Part shown: positions 29,291 to 41,510 of the stretch, piece after piece
How positions within the stretch are numbered: the stretch's first letter is position 1
Layout of the letters: each line of letters starts with the position of its first letter
NCBI GenBank assembly: GCA_964016885.1
Contig: OZ024747.1
Span: 9,114,001 to 9,178,000 of the forward strand
Direction of reading: 5' to 3'
Length of the DNA: 64,000 nt
From: Eledone cirrhosa
Lineage: Eukaryota
Notes under the pieces: generated by a model
Seen by the model: the letters and a program-made list of their open reading frames with translations, nothing else
Database searches by the model: none
Told to the model about the DNA's origin: nothing
Position numbers and translations under genes: made by a program

Positions 29291-31466
29291 ATGTAAGCTG
29301 CATCTACAATTTCTAGTCTATCTACCAATGTCTAGTCTATATAGTCATCTACAACTACTAGTCTATCTACCAAAGACTACAAATATGAACCAACTGAGGA
29401 TCCTCTATGTGGTCACTTGACCTACTAGAAACAGCAGCCAAATCTCAAATCACATCCCACTGTCTTACAATATATAAAACAACAACAAAAAGTCCACAAA
29501 AAAACTTGGAAATGATATATTAAGCAATGTAGTCATTGATGCCATTAAAGAGATGAGTTGGTCATGGATGGAATGTCTCTGATAATAGGGCTGCTCAATT
29601 ACCATTCACCTAGGGCTTAACCTCCTACATCACCACCACCACCACCACCACCATCCTCATGATGATGATGGCCATCACCACCACGACCATCACCTTCACC
29701 TCACACCCCTATCATCGTCCCCACCACCACCATCATCATCAACATCACCATCACCACCATCATTTTATTAGTATAAATTTTGCTGCTTGCTTACAGTCAA
29801 GTTACCACCGCCACCATCGCTATCATCACCATCATCACTACTACTACCACCAGCATCATCAACATCACCATCATTAGTATAACTAGTGCGTGCTTGCAAC
29901 CAAGTGCAGCTGAGTGTATCTTGGAAATGTGCAGCAGCGTTTTTTGTTTTATTTTTTAGCTGTTTTGCATTTTATCATCATCATCATCGTTATTTCACCC
30001 TCGCCTTCTCCTCCTCCTATTGATTTATAGCTCTTACAATATTGGTAATATAATTCACAACAATTTTTCTAATTAATTTCCAAATTTGTCAATGAGTCCA
30101 TATATGACAGCACATAAGATTAATCAAAGATATCAATTAGTGTAGCAAAATTCAATGTTAACGAACTGCTGGCTATCTGAAAATAAATGCATATTTTGTG
30201 TTGGTTTGTTGGTTTTTGTTATTTTCTTTAAAAAAGAATGCATGCATGATGCTATGTTCATTTGTTTGGTGTCAAGTAGTTGGATTTTTAAACATTTTAT
30301 ATTATTATAATGGTGCTCAGGAAAGTTCACTGCTGATAAATGAGATAAATGCTAGTAATAGTGGAGTTTGTGTTAAATGGCTTACTCCTAACATCTTGTA
30401 TTGATTTAGCAGAAGATATCTGAAGGTCTGAAGAGGAGTAGGCTTTGTCAGGCTAAAAATACTCAAGAAACACCATATGTCACTATGGCGCCCTCTACAA
30501 CTCCATCAGGAGTTACAGGACTGTACCATACATACTATCTAAAGAAAAATTTGTTAATTCAAATGTTTATGGTATCTTTACTTATGTACAGATCATTGTG
30601 AGAATTTGCAATATTATCTCTTAACATCTGGTAATAATTTAATGAAAAATATCTAAAAATAGATTTGTTAATTCAAATACTTATAAGATCTTTACTAGAA
30701 GAGAAGCCATTTTGAAAATTTGCTGTAAAATTGAATAAAGACTTCAATTTTTAATGTAAGAAACTTTCAAGATTTCTCAAAGTTGGATGAAAACACCCCA
30801 AATAGCACTTTTCTGTAAAAAACGCAATCAAAAGTAAAAAAAAAACGTTGATCTTAATAGTTGAAGAATTACAGAATCAATAAATGTCAATTTTGTGGCA
30901 GCAAAGTTTAAAGAAATTTACCATTTTCAAATGTTTTTACAGGTATATACAGTTGTTGAAATGGAGACATTTTTTTTAATATTGAAAAATTATCTATTTT
31001 AACAAATATAGAATTGATTAAGGATATATCTGAGCAGGTTTTGGCATAACAAGGTGAGAAATTCTCAAGATATTTGACATTTTTCAAAGTTGTAGGAAAA
31101 TGTCAACAATAGCATTTTCCCATAATTTTGTACATGTCAAAAGTGGAAATATTTTGATCCTAATAACTGGAAAAAAGCAATATCAATTGGAGATTAAGTG
31201 AACAAGAAAAGAGAGCAACAAAAGGGGAGGAAGAGGAGAGTAATGTAATCCAAAGTACATTATTCCTGAAAAACAGATGGGATAGTCACGACTGGAATAC
31301 ATTTGATCACAGGTCTGCTTAATCTAGGGCTAAATAACAACAATAACAACAGGGTTGAAAGGTGAAGTCAACCTCAGCAGGATTTGAACTCAAAACCTAG
31401 AAATATCAGTTGAAATATCACATTTATAGGGACAGTCTATCATCTGTGTAATACCATCTGTATCAC

Positions 31467-31588
31467 ACAGCTACCCAGTGTGATACTCTACTGTGTTACA
31501 GCTACCCAGTGTGGTACTCTACTGTGTTACAGCTACCCAGTGAGGTACTCTACTGTGTTACAGCTACCCAGTGTGGTACTCTACTGTG
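31467..31588. repeat. 31-bp minisatellite, ~4 copies
   Basis: acagctacccagtgtggtactctactgtgtt. Confidence 0.85.
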
Positions 31589-32405
31589 CCACCAAATCTG
31601 AACTGAAACAAAATCATAAAATCAAAAATGAAAGAAAGGAAAGAAATGTTTTGTTGTTTTATTTCACAGAAGGTTTTGTTACAGTTATAGCCAATACTTG
31701 CTTAACCTAGGGTATCCCACTCTTCAACTGTGAACCTATGGTGTACCACTCTTCAATTATGTATGGGCCAACCTAGGATCACTTACTCTTAGTATGTATA
31801 TGGGTTAACCTAGGGTTATCTGGGTAATTCTATTGACAGTGATATTTGTGCGTGTAACAGCAACACTCCCAGATATGTGAACAGTAACAGTCCCAGATAT
31901 GTGAGCTAATGTGGTTCTATAATGTCTGTGTATGTATAACAGCAACACAGTCCCAGATATGTGAACAGCAAGCAGTATTATAATGTTAATCTATGATATT
32001 TGTGTATGTAATGGCAGCAACACTGTCCTGGATATGTAATGTGGGTCTTAGATGTTTGTGCATGTAACAGCAGCACAATCCTACATATATGTAAGCAGTA
32101 CTGTAAACTGGGTCTCTGATGTCTTTGTAAAACAGTAGCACTATCCAATGCTAGATATGTAAACAGCAATACTGTAATGTGGGACTTTACTAAAGTTTGT
32201 AGAGGGTCAGCAATTGATCTGGGCTATTTTCTAACCCTTGTATTTGTAATGCAATTTGTGCTATGTGGTAATAAAAATATGTCTGTAATATGTCTATAAC
32301 TAGGTATTATTGTTCTGTGGTGTGACTATAATGTGACCATAATTAGATAGAACCTAACCACAATGTGACTATAACCAGACAAGCTATAACTCCACTGTTG
32401 TTCGT

Positions 32406-33525
32406 TTATTCCTCTTCAAAAAACTGTAAACTGTTCTTCTGATTTTCCTGCACAATGCTGTCATTATAGACTGTAATTTCAGAATTCTTGGTTGCAGTGT
32501 ATTGATCAAGGAATTGGTCCAGATCTTGTAGTGATATTAAGGAACAACAATGGTAGAGAGAGAGACTGAATAATGAGAACAACACTTCATTGTACACAAA
32601 CACATTTTGTAAAGAAATAGTGGTGGCGGCATGATAAAATACGTCCACTACATTGTATAAGGTGGTTGATGATAGGAAGAGCATCCAACTGTAGAAGTCA
32701 TACCAAAAATAGAACGGTTGAAAGGAAATGTCAAACTGCACATTAGATACAACAGTTTATATCTGTCAACATATAAGTAATATATATATATACTCTTTTA
32801 CCCGTTCCAACCATCCGGCAGAGGCCCTGCTGGGGCACTGCCCTTGACACACATATATATATATATATATAGGATCAAAATATGGTTAAAAGAGTTCCAT
32901 GTATTTTATTATGCGCATTTCAAAAACAAATATCATCATGGGATGATATTTGCGTTCTCATCAGATAAAATAGGGAGACATGATATGAAGCTTAAAAAAC
33001 ACTTGCGAGCAGAGAAGTGTTAAATCAACATATTTTAAAGCTTCATATCATGTCTCCTTATTTTATCTGACGAGAACGCAAATATCATCCCATGATGATA
33101 TTTGTTTTTGAAATGCGCATAATAAAATACATGGAACTCTTTTAACCATCTTTTGATTTTATATTATTTATACTCCAGTCCTATAAACTGTGGAGTGCTA
33201 CTTATCCGATATTTGCATTGCTTTATTGTGCTACAATAAAACTCACCTCCTACATTATATATATATGTTATATTCTTGAAAGGATACCAGGATGAGTGGT
33301 AGAACGTTCTCCAGTGAGGCTGACATAAGATTGACCATTGAAGAACCAACCAGCTGGCAACTGGTCAACACTGTGTCGTCTCTGGAATGATATTGGACAA
33401 ATTAACAGAATTATTTGTGCCAGGAAATCCCAGTTGAAGGAAGCTGCAGTAGAGGTAAACCGAGGGAGACCTGGGCAGATGTTGTGAGAGCTGATCTCAA
33501 ATCACTGAGACTTACAGGGGAGATG

Positions 33526-33556
<31 letters not shown>

Positions 33557-36500
33557 AATTATTGTGTAAAGTGCTCAGGTGCACTACAACTCGTCAATAT
33601 AGTACATAGAATAATACACAAATGCCAGGGAAGTACATGTGTGTATGTGTTAGCTGTAGTGTTGGCGGATCTCGGGAAGCATGGAGGCCTTAAAGGATGC
33701 AGTGTCTCGACAGCTAACAACTGATGCAGGTAGTTTGTTCCATGGAGGCCTTAAAGGATGCAGTGTCTCGACAGCTAACAACTGATGCAGGTAGTTTGTT
33801 CCATGGAGGCCTTAAAGGATGCAGTGTCTCGACAGCTAACAACTGATGCAGGTAGTTTGTTCCATGGAGGCCTTAAAGGATGCAGTGTCTCGACAGCTAA
33901 CAACTGATGCAGGTAGTTTGTTCCATGCTTCAGCAACTCTGAGCGTGAAAAAATGTTTCCGAAAGTCATGGGAACTGTGCTGTTTTCTTACTTTGTGGGC
34001 ATGTCCACGTGTGTTAGACACATGGAAATCGAAAAGGCACTCAGGGTTGTTGTTGGCAACATGGTTAACAATTTTGTGGGTGTTTACCAAGTCAGTTGCC
34101 AGGCGTCGGAGCTTCAATGTATCCATGCCCAGGGAAGCAAGGCGATCAGAGTATGGTAGATGCCTGATGGAGGGTATTCGCTTGGTTGCACGTCTCTGAA
34201 CAGTTTGGGAATGAGTGGAGAGATGCTGGGCTATTTCAGACATAAATTAGGGGTCAGTTTATATTTGGATCAGCTTATGTTTTAGTATATATGATAAGTA
34301 CCATGGAAAATGACATATTACATTGAGTGGTTCATCATCATTGTTTGACATCCATCTTCCACGTTAGCATGGGTTGAGTTAATTAGAAGTTCTCATTAAT
34401 AAATATCTGAAAACAATGACAAACCTGAATTAACTTGACAAGCTTGTTGGGCAGCTGGCGACGGTCAAGAAATGGTTTGGGGGTAGATGGCTGGAATATA
34501 GAGATGAGAACATATAAGTGGGATACCTTGTGGTGCTGTAGTGGTGGCTGTAGTGTAGTTGTAAGGGTGGTGTAGTGGTGGGTGTAGTAGTGGTAGTTGT
34601 AAGGGTGCTGTAGTGGTGGGTGTAGTAGTGGTAGTTGTAAGGGTGCTGTAGTGGTGGGTGTAGTAGTGGTAGTTGTAAGGGTGTAGTAGTGGTAGTTGTA
34701 AGGGTGCTGTAGTGGTGGGTGTAGTGTAGTTGTAAGGGTGCTGTAGTGGTGGCTGTAGTAGTGGTAGTTGTAAGGGTGGTGTAGTGGTGGGTGTAGTGGT
34801 AGTTGTAAGGGTGCTGTAGTGGTGGGTGTAGTAGTGGTAGTTGTAAGGGTGCTGTAGTGGTGGGTGTAGTGTAGTTGTAAGGGTGCTGTAGTGGTGGCTG
34901 TAGTAGTGGTAGTTGTAAGGGTGGTGTAGTGGTGGGTGTAGTGGTAGTTGTAAGGGTGCTGTAGTGGTGGGTGTAGTAGTGGTAGTTGTAAGGGTGCTGT
35001 AGTGGTGGGTGTAGTAGTGGTAGTTGTAAGGGTGCTGTAGTGGTGGGTGTAGTGTAGTTGTAAGGGTGCTGTAGTGGTGGGTGTAGTAGTGGTAGTTGTA
35101 AGGGTGCTGTAGTGGTGGGTGTAGTAGTGGTAGTTGTAAGGGTGCTGTAGTGGTGGGTGTAGTAGTGGTAGTTGTAAGGGTGCTGTAGTGGTGGGTGTAG
35201 TAGTGGTAGTTGTAGTAGTGTTTTAGTGGATAGTGTTATAGAGGTGTAGTTGTAGTGTTGTAGAGGTGTATATGTAGTGGTAGTGTTGTAGTGTTATAGA
35301 AGTGTAGTTGTAGTGTTGTAGAGGTGTATATGTAGTGGTAGTGTTGTAGTGTTATAGAGGTGTATATGTAGTGGTAGTGTTGTAGTGTTATAGAAGTGTA
35401 GTTGTAGTGTTGTAGAGGTGTATATGTAGTGGTAGTGTTGTAGTGTTATAGAAGTGTAGTTGTAGTGTTGTAGAGGTGTATATGTAGTGTTATAGTGGTG
35501 TATATGCAGTGTTGTAGAGGTGTATATGTAGTGGTAGTGTTGTAGTGTTATAGAAGTGTAGTTGTAGTGTTGTAGAGGTGTATATGTAGTGGTAGTGTTG
35601 TAGTGTTATAGAAGTGTAGTTGTAGTGTTGTAGAGGTGTATATGTAGTGGTAGTGTTGTAGTGTTATAGAAGTGTAGTTGTAGTGTTGTAGAGGTGTATA
35701 TGTAGTGGTAGTGTTGTAGTGTTATAGAAGTGTAGTTGTAGTGTTGTAGAGGTGTATATGTAGTGGTAGTGTTGTAGTGTTATAGAAGTGTAGTTGTAGT
35801 GTTGTAGAGGTGTATATGTAGTGGTAGTGTTGTAGTGTTATAGAAGTGTAGTTGTAGTGTTGTAGAGGTGTATATGTAGTGGTAGTGTTGTAGTGTTATA
35901 GAAGTGTAGTTGTAGTGTTGTAGAGGTGTATATGTAGTGGTAGTGTTGTAGTGTTATAGAAGTGTAGTTGTAGTGTTGTAGAGGTGTATATGTAGTGGTA
36001 GTGTTGTAGTGTTATAGAAGTGTAGTTGTAGTGTTGTAGAGGTGTATATGTAGAGTTATAGTGGTGTATATGCAGTGTTGTAGAGGTGTAGTTGTAGTGT
36101 AGGTCCAGCTGGATTTGAAGAAATCACTGATATTCTCCATCCATGTTGCAATAATAAAGCAATACTCTCTGGTATGGTCTGACAATAAAAGAGAGTCCTA
36201 ACAGCAGAAGTGTAACCAGGGTATGGCACCCATGGTAGGTAGCATGGACCCTACTTGGACTAGGAGCACTTTCTTGTAAAGTCAGATAAACTATCATTGG
36301 AGAGGGAAAAAAGAAACTTCTTTAGATGTATGATGTGTCTTTGATTATCATGGATGAGAGGTACTATGGTGGCTGGATCATGGGTAAGAGTTACTATGGT
36401 GGCTGGATCATGGGTGAGAAACGCTATGGTGGCTGGATCATGGGTGAGAAACGCTATGGTGGGCTATATCATGGGTGAGAAACGCTATGGTGGCTGGATC

Positions 36501-39500
36501 ATGGGTGAGAAACGCTATGGTGGCTGGATCATGGGTGCCAGATGCCCGAGCAGGGGCATAATTTAACTGCTTGCCATAGATGCTATTTTCCCTAGTTACA
36601 CCACTGCCTGACGGTGCCTTGGTGAGGCAATATGGAGTGGGCTCATCAAATATTGTGATAGAAGAAAAAAGGGGAAACATAAAAGAAAACTGTGCAATGG
36701 ACAAGCCTCTTACCTTCTTCAAACAGGATTGTAGCCATGTCCTCAGTTTGTCTTTGTTTAGATAACAACCAGAGAAGATAAGGAAGGACATTTGCTGTTG
36801 GTGAGACTGCTGACCAGGGGGCTGTGGCTGTAGGGTCACCTTATCAATGACCAGTTGAGTGGATTGTGTCATGTATTGTAGTTCACATTTGGATTTTTCT
36901 CCTGTAGAACAGACATATATATATATAAACAAAGTACTATATATAAGACACTATAAACAAAGTACTATATATAAGACACTATAAACAAAGTTCTATATAC
37001 AAGGCACTATATACAAGGCACTATATACAAGGCACTATATACAAGGTACTATATACAAAGTTCTATATACAAGGCCTATAAACAAAATTCTATATACAAG
37101 GCACTATATACAAGGTACTATATACAAAGTTCTATATACAAGGCCTATAAACAAAATTCTATATACAAGGCACTATATACAAAGTTCTATATACAAGGTA
37201 CTATAAACAAAGTACCATACACAAGGCACTATATAAAATGTGAAAATGCATGGCTTAGTGGTTAGGGTTGTTACCGAAGGAACATAACTGTGTGATATTT
37301 ACCTCGGAATTGAACTTGACCTCGCACATGGTAGATGTTGTTGTGGAAAGGATAACAAACCAACTGGTCTTTCAGGGCTGTTGAGTTGAAGGATATAACA
37401 GGATATATAGGTAATAACATAACGAGATATATAGGTAATAATATAATAGGATGTAGAGGTAATGATATAATAGGATATATAGGTAATAACATACCAGGAT
37501 ATATAGGTAATGATATAATAGGATATATAAGTAATAATATAACAGGATATATAAGTAATGATAAGTTAATATGAGCTGTAATTTAATACAATCAACTTTA
37601 TAAATCATAATCAGTAATATGTACCTTGTTTATATATTGCTTTGCCTAAGAAGGGAAGGCAGCCCCTATAACCTATATTTTCAGGGTCTCTGAAAATGTT
37701 GAGAGGAAGGGAAGAGACCTGATCTGAATGCTTACATAATGGACTCCATGACAGACACCCAACGGCCAGGTGGAGGTGTTTAACAGGGCGATGGGTGAAG
37801 TCAACTGATGTTGGGCACTGGATTTACTATATTTCCCATCAAAATTTATTACCTTGCATCTATTTTAAAATTCAAGAGGTGAGTAAGTTTATGGCATATC
37901 ATAACCTGTGATATATTTGTATGTTCAATATCACATAAAATAAATGCATTTATGATATCTCATATTCAGTAATATGTCAGTATGAACAGTGAGAAAATAG
38001 AAAATTACATTTTAATATATCAGTAAATCTGAAGTCATAATATAAATCACAGATTATGACATGTCATAATCTATGATATGATGTCCTCATGTTCTATGAC
38101 ATTATGTGCTAACCTGTTAGTCTCTGTATCAACAAAGTTTTATCCAGTGGCTGGTCAAACACCAGTTTTACATCCATCAAAGAGATGGCAGCAGCGTAAA
38201 GAGTGTTTGATGTCTGTGTGTTCATCCTGAAAGATAACCATAATTATGTAGCTAGTCAAACATTATTGTATAATAATCAACATTAATGTAATCAACACTA
38301 TCACATTTTAATCAACATTATCAAAAACAATACTACCAAACTCTAACTAACATTATTGCAATGAGGGCGGTGGATTGGCAGTATCGGTAGAGGGTCGGAT
38401 GCCATGCTTTGACGCATAGAGTTACGGCCCTTGCCATTGAGTTCAAATCCCGCCAAGGTTAACTTTGCCTTTCATCCTCATGGGGTCGATGAAATAAAGT
38501 ACCAGTAATGCACTGGGTAATTGCTGGCCTTGTGCCAAAAGTAGAAACAATTATTGCAATGAGAAACACTATCAGGCTCTAACAAACATTATTACTATGT
38601 AAGCTACACTATCACAATCTAACAAACATTATTATAATGTAAGCGGTGGATTGGCGGTATCGGTAGAGGGTCGGGCGCCATGCTTTCCAGCATAGTTACG
38701 TCCCTTTACAGTCTGAGTTCAAATCCCGTTGAGGTTAACTTTGCCTTTCATCCTTACGGGGTTGATAAAATAAAGTACCAGTAATGTACTGGGGTAATTG
38801 CTGGCCTTGTACCAAAAGTAGAAACAATTATTATTATGTAATCAATACTATCATACTTTAACCAACATTAGTGGTAAGATACTCTCAGGAGGGCTGGACA
38901 GCAGAAGGCCTTCAGAGAGGAAAAACCCCCATTCAAGTGAGTGAGTGTTTTGGCCTTTAACTTCTTATACTCTAAGGGGGCCAGACCACATCCAGGTCAT
39001 AATTCCTGGTCATGACTTCTGCTGACATTTAGCCATTTGGATATTGAAGACTTGTATATTTAAACTGTATGGAGATATTGTTGACAGGATCTAGCTGGAA
39101 CTCCTCTCCTTTGCCTCTACTTTCGAACTTAAATGCTTTCTTGATATTAAATATAGCTAGCATTATGGCAATATAATCCAACCAACATTATTATCAGTCA
39201 GGGGTCCTACCTATATTTACTTACCAGTCAGGTGTCCTACATGTGTCCACTTACCAGTCAGGTGTCCTACATGTGTCCACTTACCAGTGAGGGGTCCTGC
39301 TTATGTTTACTTACCAGTTAGGTGTTACTAAATGTCTTGACCTGGTCAGTACATCACTGTTGAAGCTATTTTCTGAAAGGATCAGATCAATATCGGAACT
39401 CCTAGAAAAGAAAGAAAAAAACAAAACAAAGAAAAAGGGATCACTTTAGGGTGGAAATTCTTTAAGGTGAATGTTAACACCCTTAATTAAATGCATCGAC

Positions 39501-39607
39501 TGAGGGCAAAATATTTTAAAACAGCAGCACATTTCATAGTGGGAACAGTAGAATCTAAGAGTGAGGTCATACATTATTGAAAAAATAGGTGTGTGTATGT
39601 GTAAGTA

Positions 39608-39638
<31 letters not shown>

Positions 39639-41458
39639 GTGTATGTGTGTGTGTATGTGTGTGTGTGTGTGTGGTGGGGTCTGTTGAAGGACAGGACATA
39701 CGTCAGCATCTGTCAGTAAAAATACAGAGGTATTTCGGTTTCATCAGCCGATAACCTGTGGATGACATACTGACAAAATAGCAGTTACTTTCTGATGGGT
39801 TTCTTCTCGAACCCTTAGCAGTGGAAACATCCGGTGTCACCAACCTCTGACACATCTCCCTACTCTCTTTGGTAGGTATACAGGTAGCTATTCACAATAC
39901 CATTGAGGTGAACTGACTGTTCTAGCATCCTCTGGACTAGTACATAGAAACATCTCTTGGACACGCTACAATTTCCTCTGTTTATTATATTCATCAAATA
40001 AAACAGTCCTGCAACTGTTAACAAAAATAAAATAAATAAAAGTCGACATATTATTTATGGTGGATTGGCAGTATTGGTAGAAGGTCGGTCGCCATGCTTT
40101 GCAGCAAAGAGTTACGGCCCTTTATGGTCTGAGTTCAAATCCCGCCGACGTTGACTTTGCCTTTCATCCTTACGGGGTCGATAAAATAAAGTACCAGTAA
40201 TGTACTGAGTAATTGCTGGCCTTGTGCCTAACGTAGAAACAATTATTTAGTTAATTGTTTCTACTTTAGGCACAAGGCCAGCAATTACCCAGTGCATTAC
40301 TGGTACTTTATTTTATCGACCTCGTAAGGATGAAAGGCAAAGTCAACCTCGGCGGGATTTGAACTCAGATCGTAAAGGGACGTAACTATGCTGGAAAGCA
40401 TGGCGTCCGACCCTCTAAAAACCCGAAGGAAAATAACTGAGTAAAACTTGCTGGATTATTTCCCTTTAACCATCAAATCCAACGATGTAATGAAATTTGT
40501 TGTTACGTAAAAAAAGTCATTTTCCCACACATTCATGGGTTAGATGGGTCATTCTTAGCATCTCTTCACTTGTCTCGTTCCTTTGTCATCTCTTCTGACA
40601 TATTACTACCATACTGAGATTGGTCCTAGATTATTTCCTATGTATAAATGTTCTTCTCCCACTTCGCATTTTTTTTACAACCATCATCACTACTACTATT
40701 ACAACAACAACCATTACCACCATCACTACTACTACTACAACAACCACACTGCAACAACAACAACCCCTATCACCATCACTACAACAAAAACAACAACCAC
40801 TACCACAACAACAAGGTTAGTGTATAGTTCTTACATGTTGGTCAGTTGTCCATCAAATGCAGTGATGAAATTCACATGGTGGTTCCTCTTTTTTACTAAT
40901 TGTTTTATTTTCTTGATAAGATGGACACTCTTCTGGAGTTGGTGGACATGGAAAAGATGAAGTAATATTAATAATAATAAGTGGGTATTAAAAAAGATTT
41001 GGAACTGTCATGAGATCAAGGTTGGCCCGATTGTTATAGGAGCACTAGGTACTATCTCAAAGAGTTTTCAATGATGGTTAAAAAACTTTAGCCCAGCACC
41101 CCCCCCCCCCTTTTTTTTACAGTTCAAAAGGCATGTTTGCTGGGAACAGCAAGAACCCTCCGAAACGTCCTGAATATCTGAGGCTGCAGGTAGTGGCTTG
41201 ATGTTCATTTGAACAAACTTTCCAGTTAAATAACATCAATGACTGAGACTCCAAGAAAATAATAACGATTATAATAATAATCTACATTATAATAAGAGCG
41301 CTGTGTGTCTGTCTGTCCGTCCCTGCGTCCGTCATGCTCACTTTATATAGAGAGGGGGAGTGCTAAGTGAGAGATATGTACATAGAGAGAGAAAAGAGAA
41401 TACCGTGTGTTTTTGAGGTGACAGAAAGAAGTAGGAAGACAGACAGTTATGACGCTAC

Positions 41459-41510
<52 letters not shown>

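Larger units (their letters stand above)
32525..33287 (-). other. U12-type (minor spliceosome) GT-AG intron, last intron of DNAAF9
   Basis: 5' splice site GTATCCTTTC. Branch site TTCCTTAAT (32536-32544) lies about 12 nt from an AAG acceptor, with no polypyrimidine tract between them. Flanking exons join in frame. Confidence 0.88.

Noticed and set aside
39901-40014. Possible extra 114-nt DNAAF9 exon (AG...GT)
   Set aside because: In-frame TAG in the required phase, no similarity to DNAAF9, and the neighbouring exons already join in frame.
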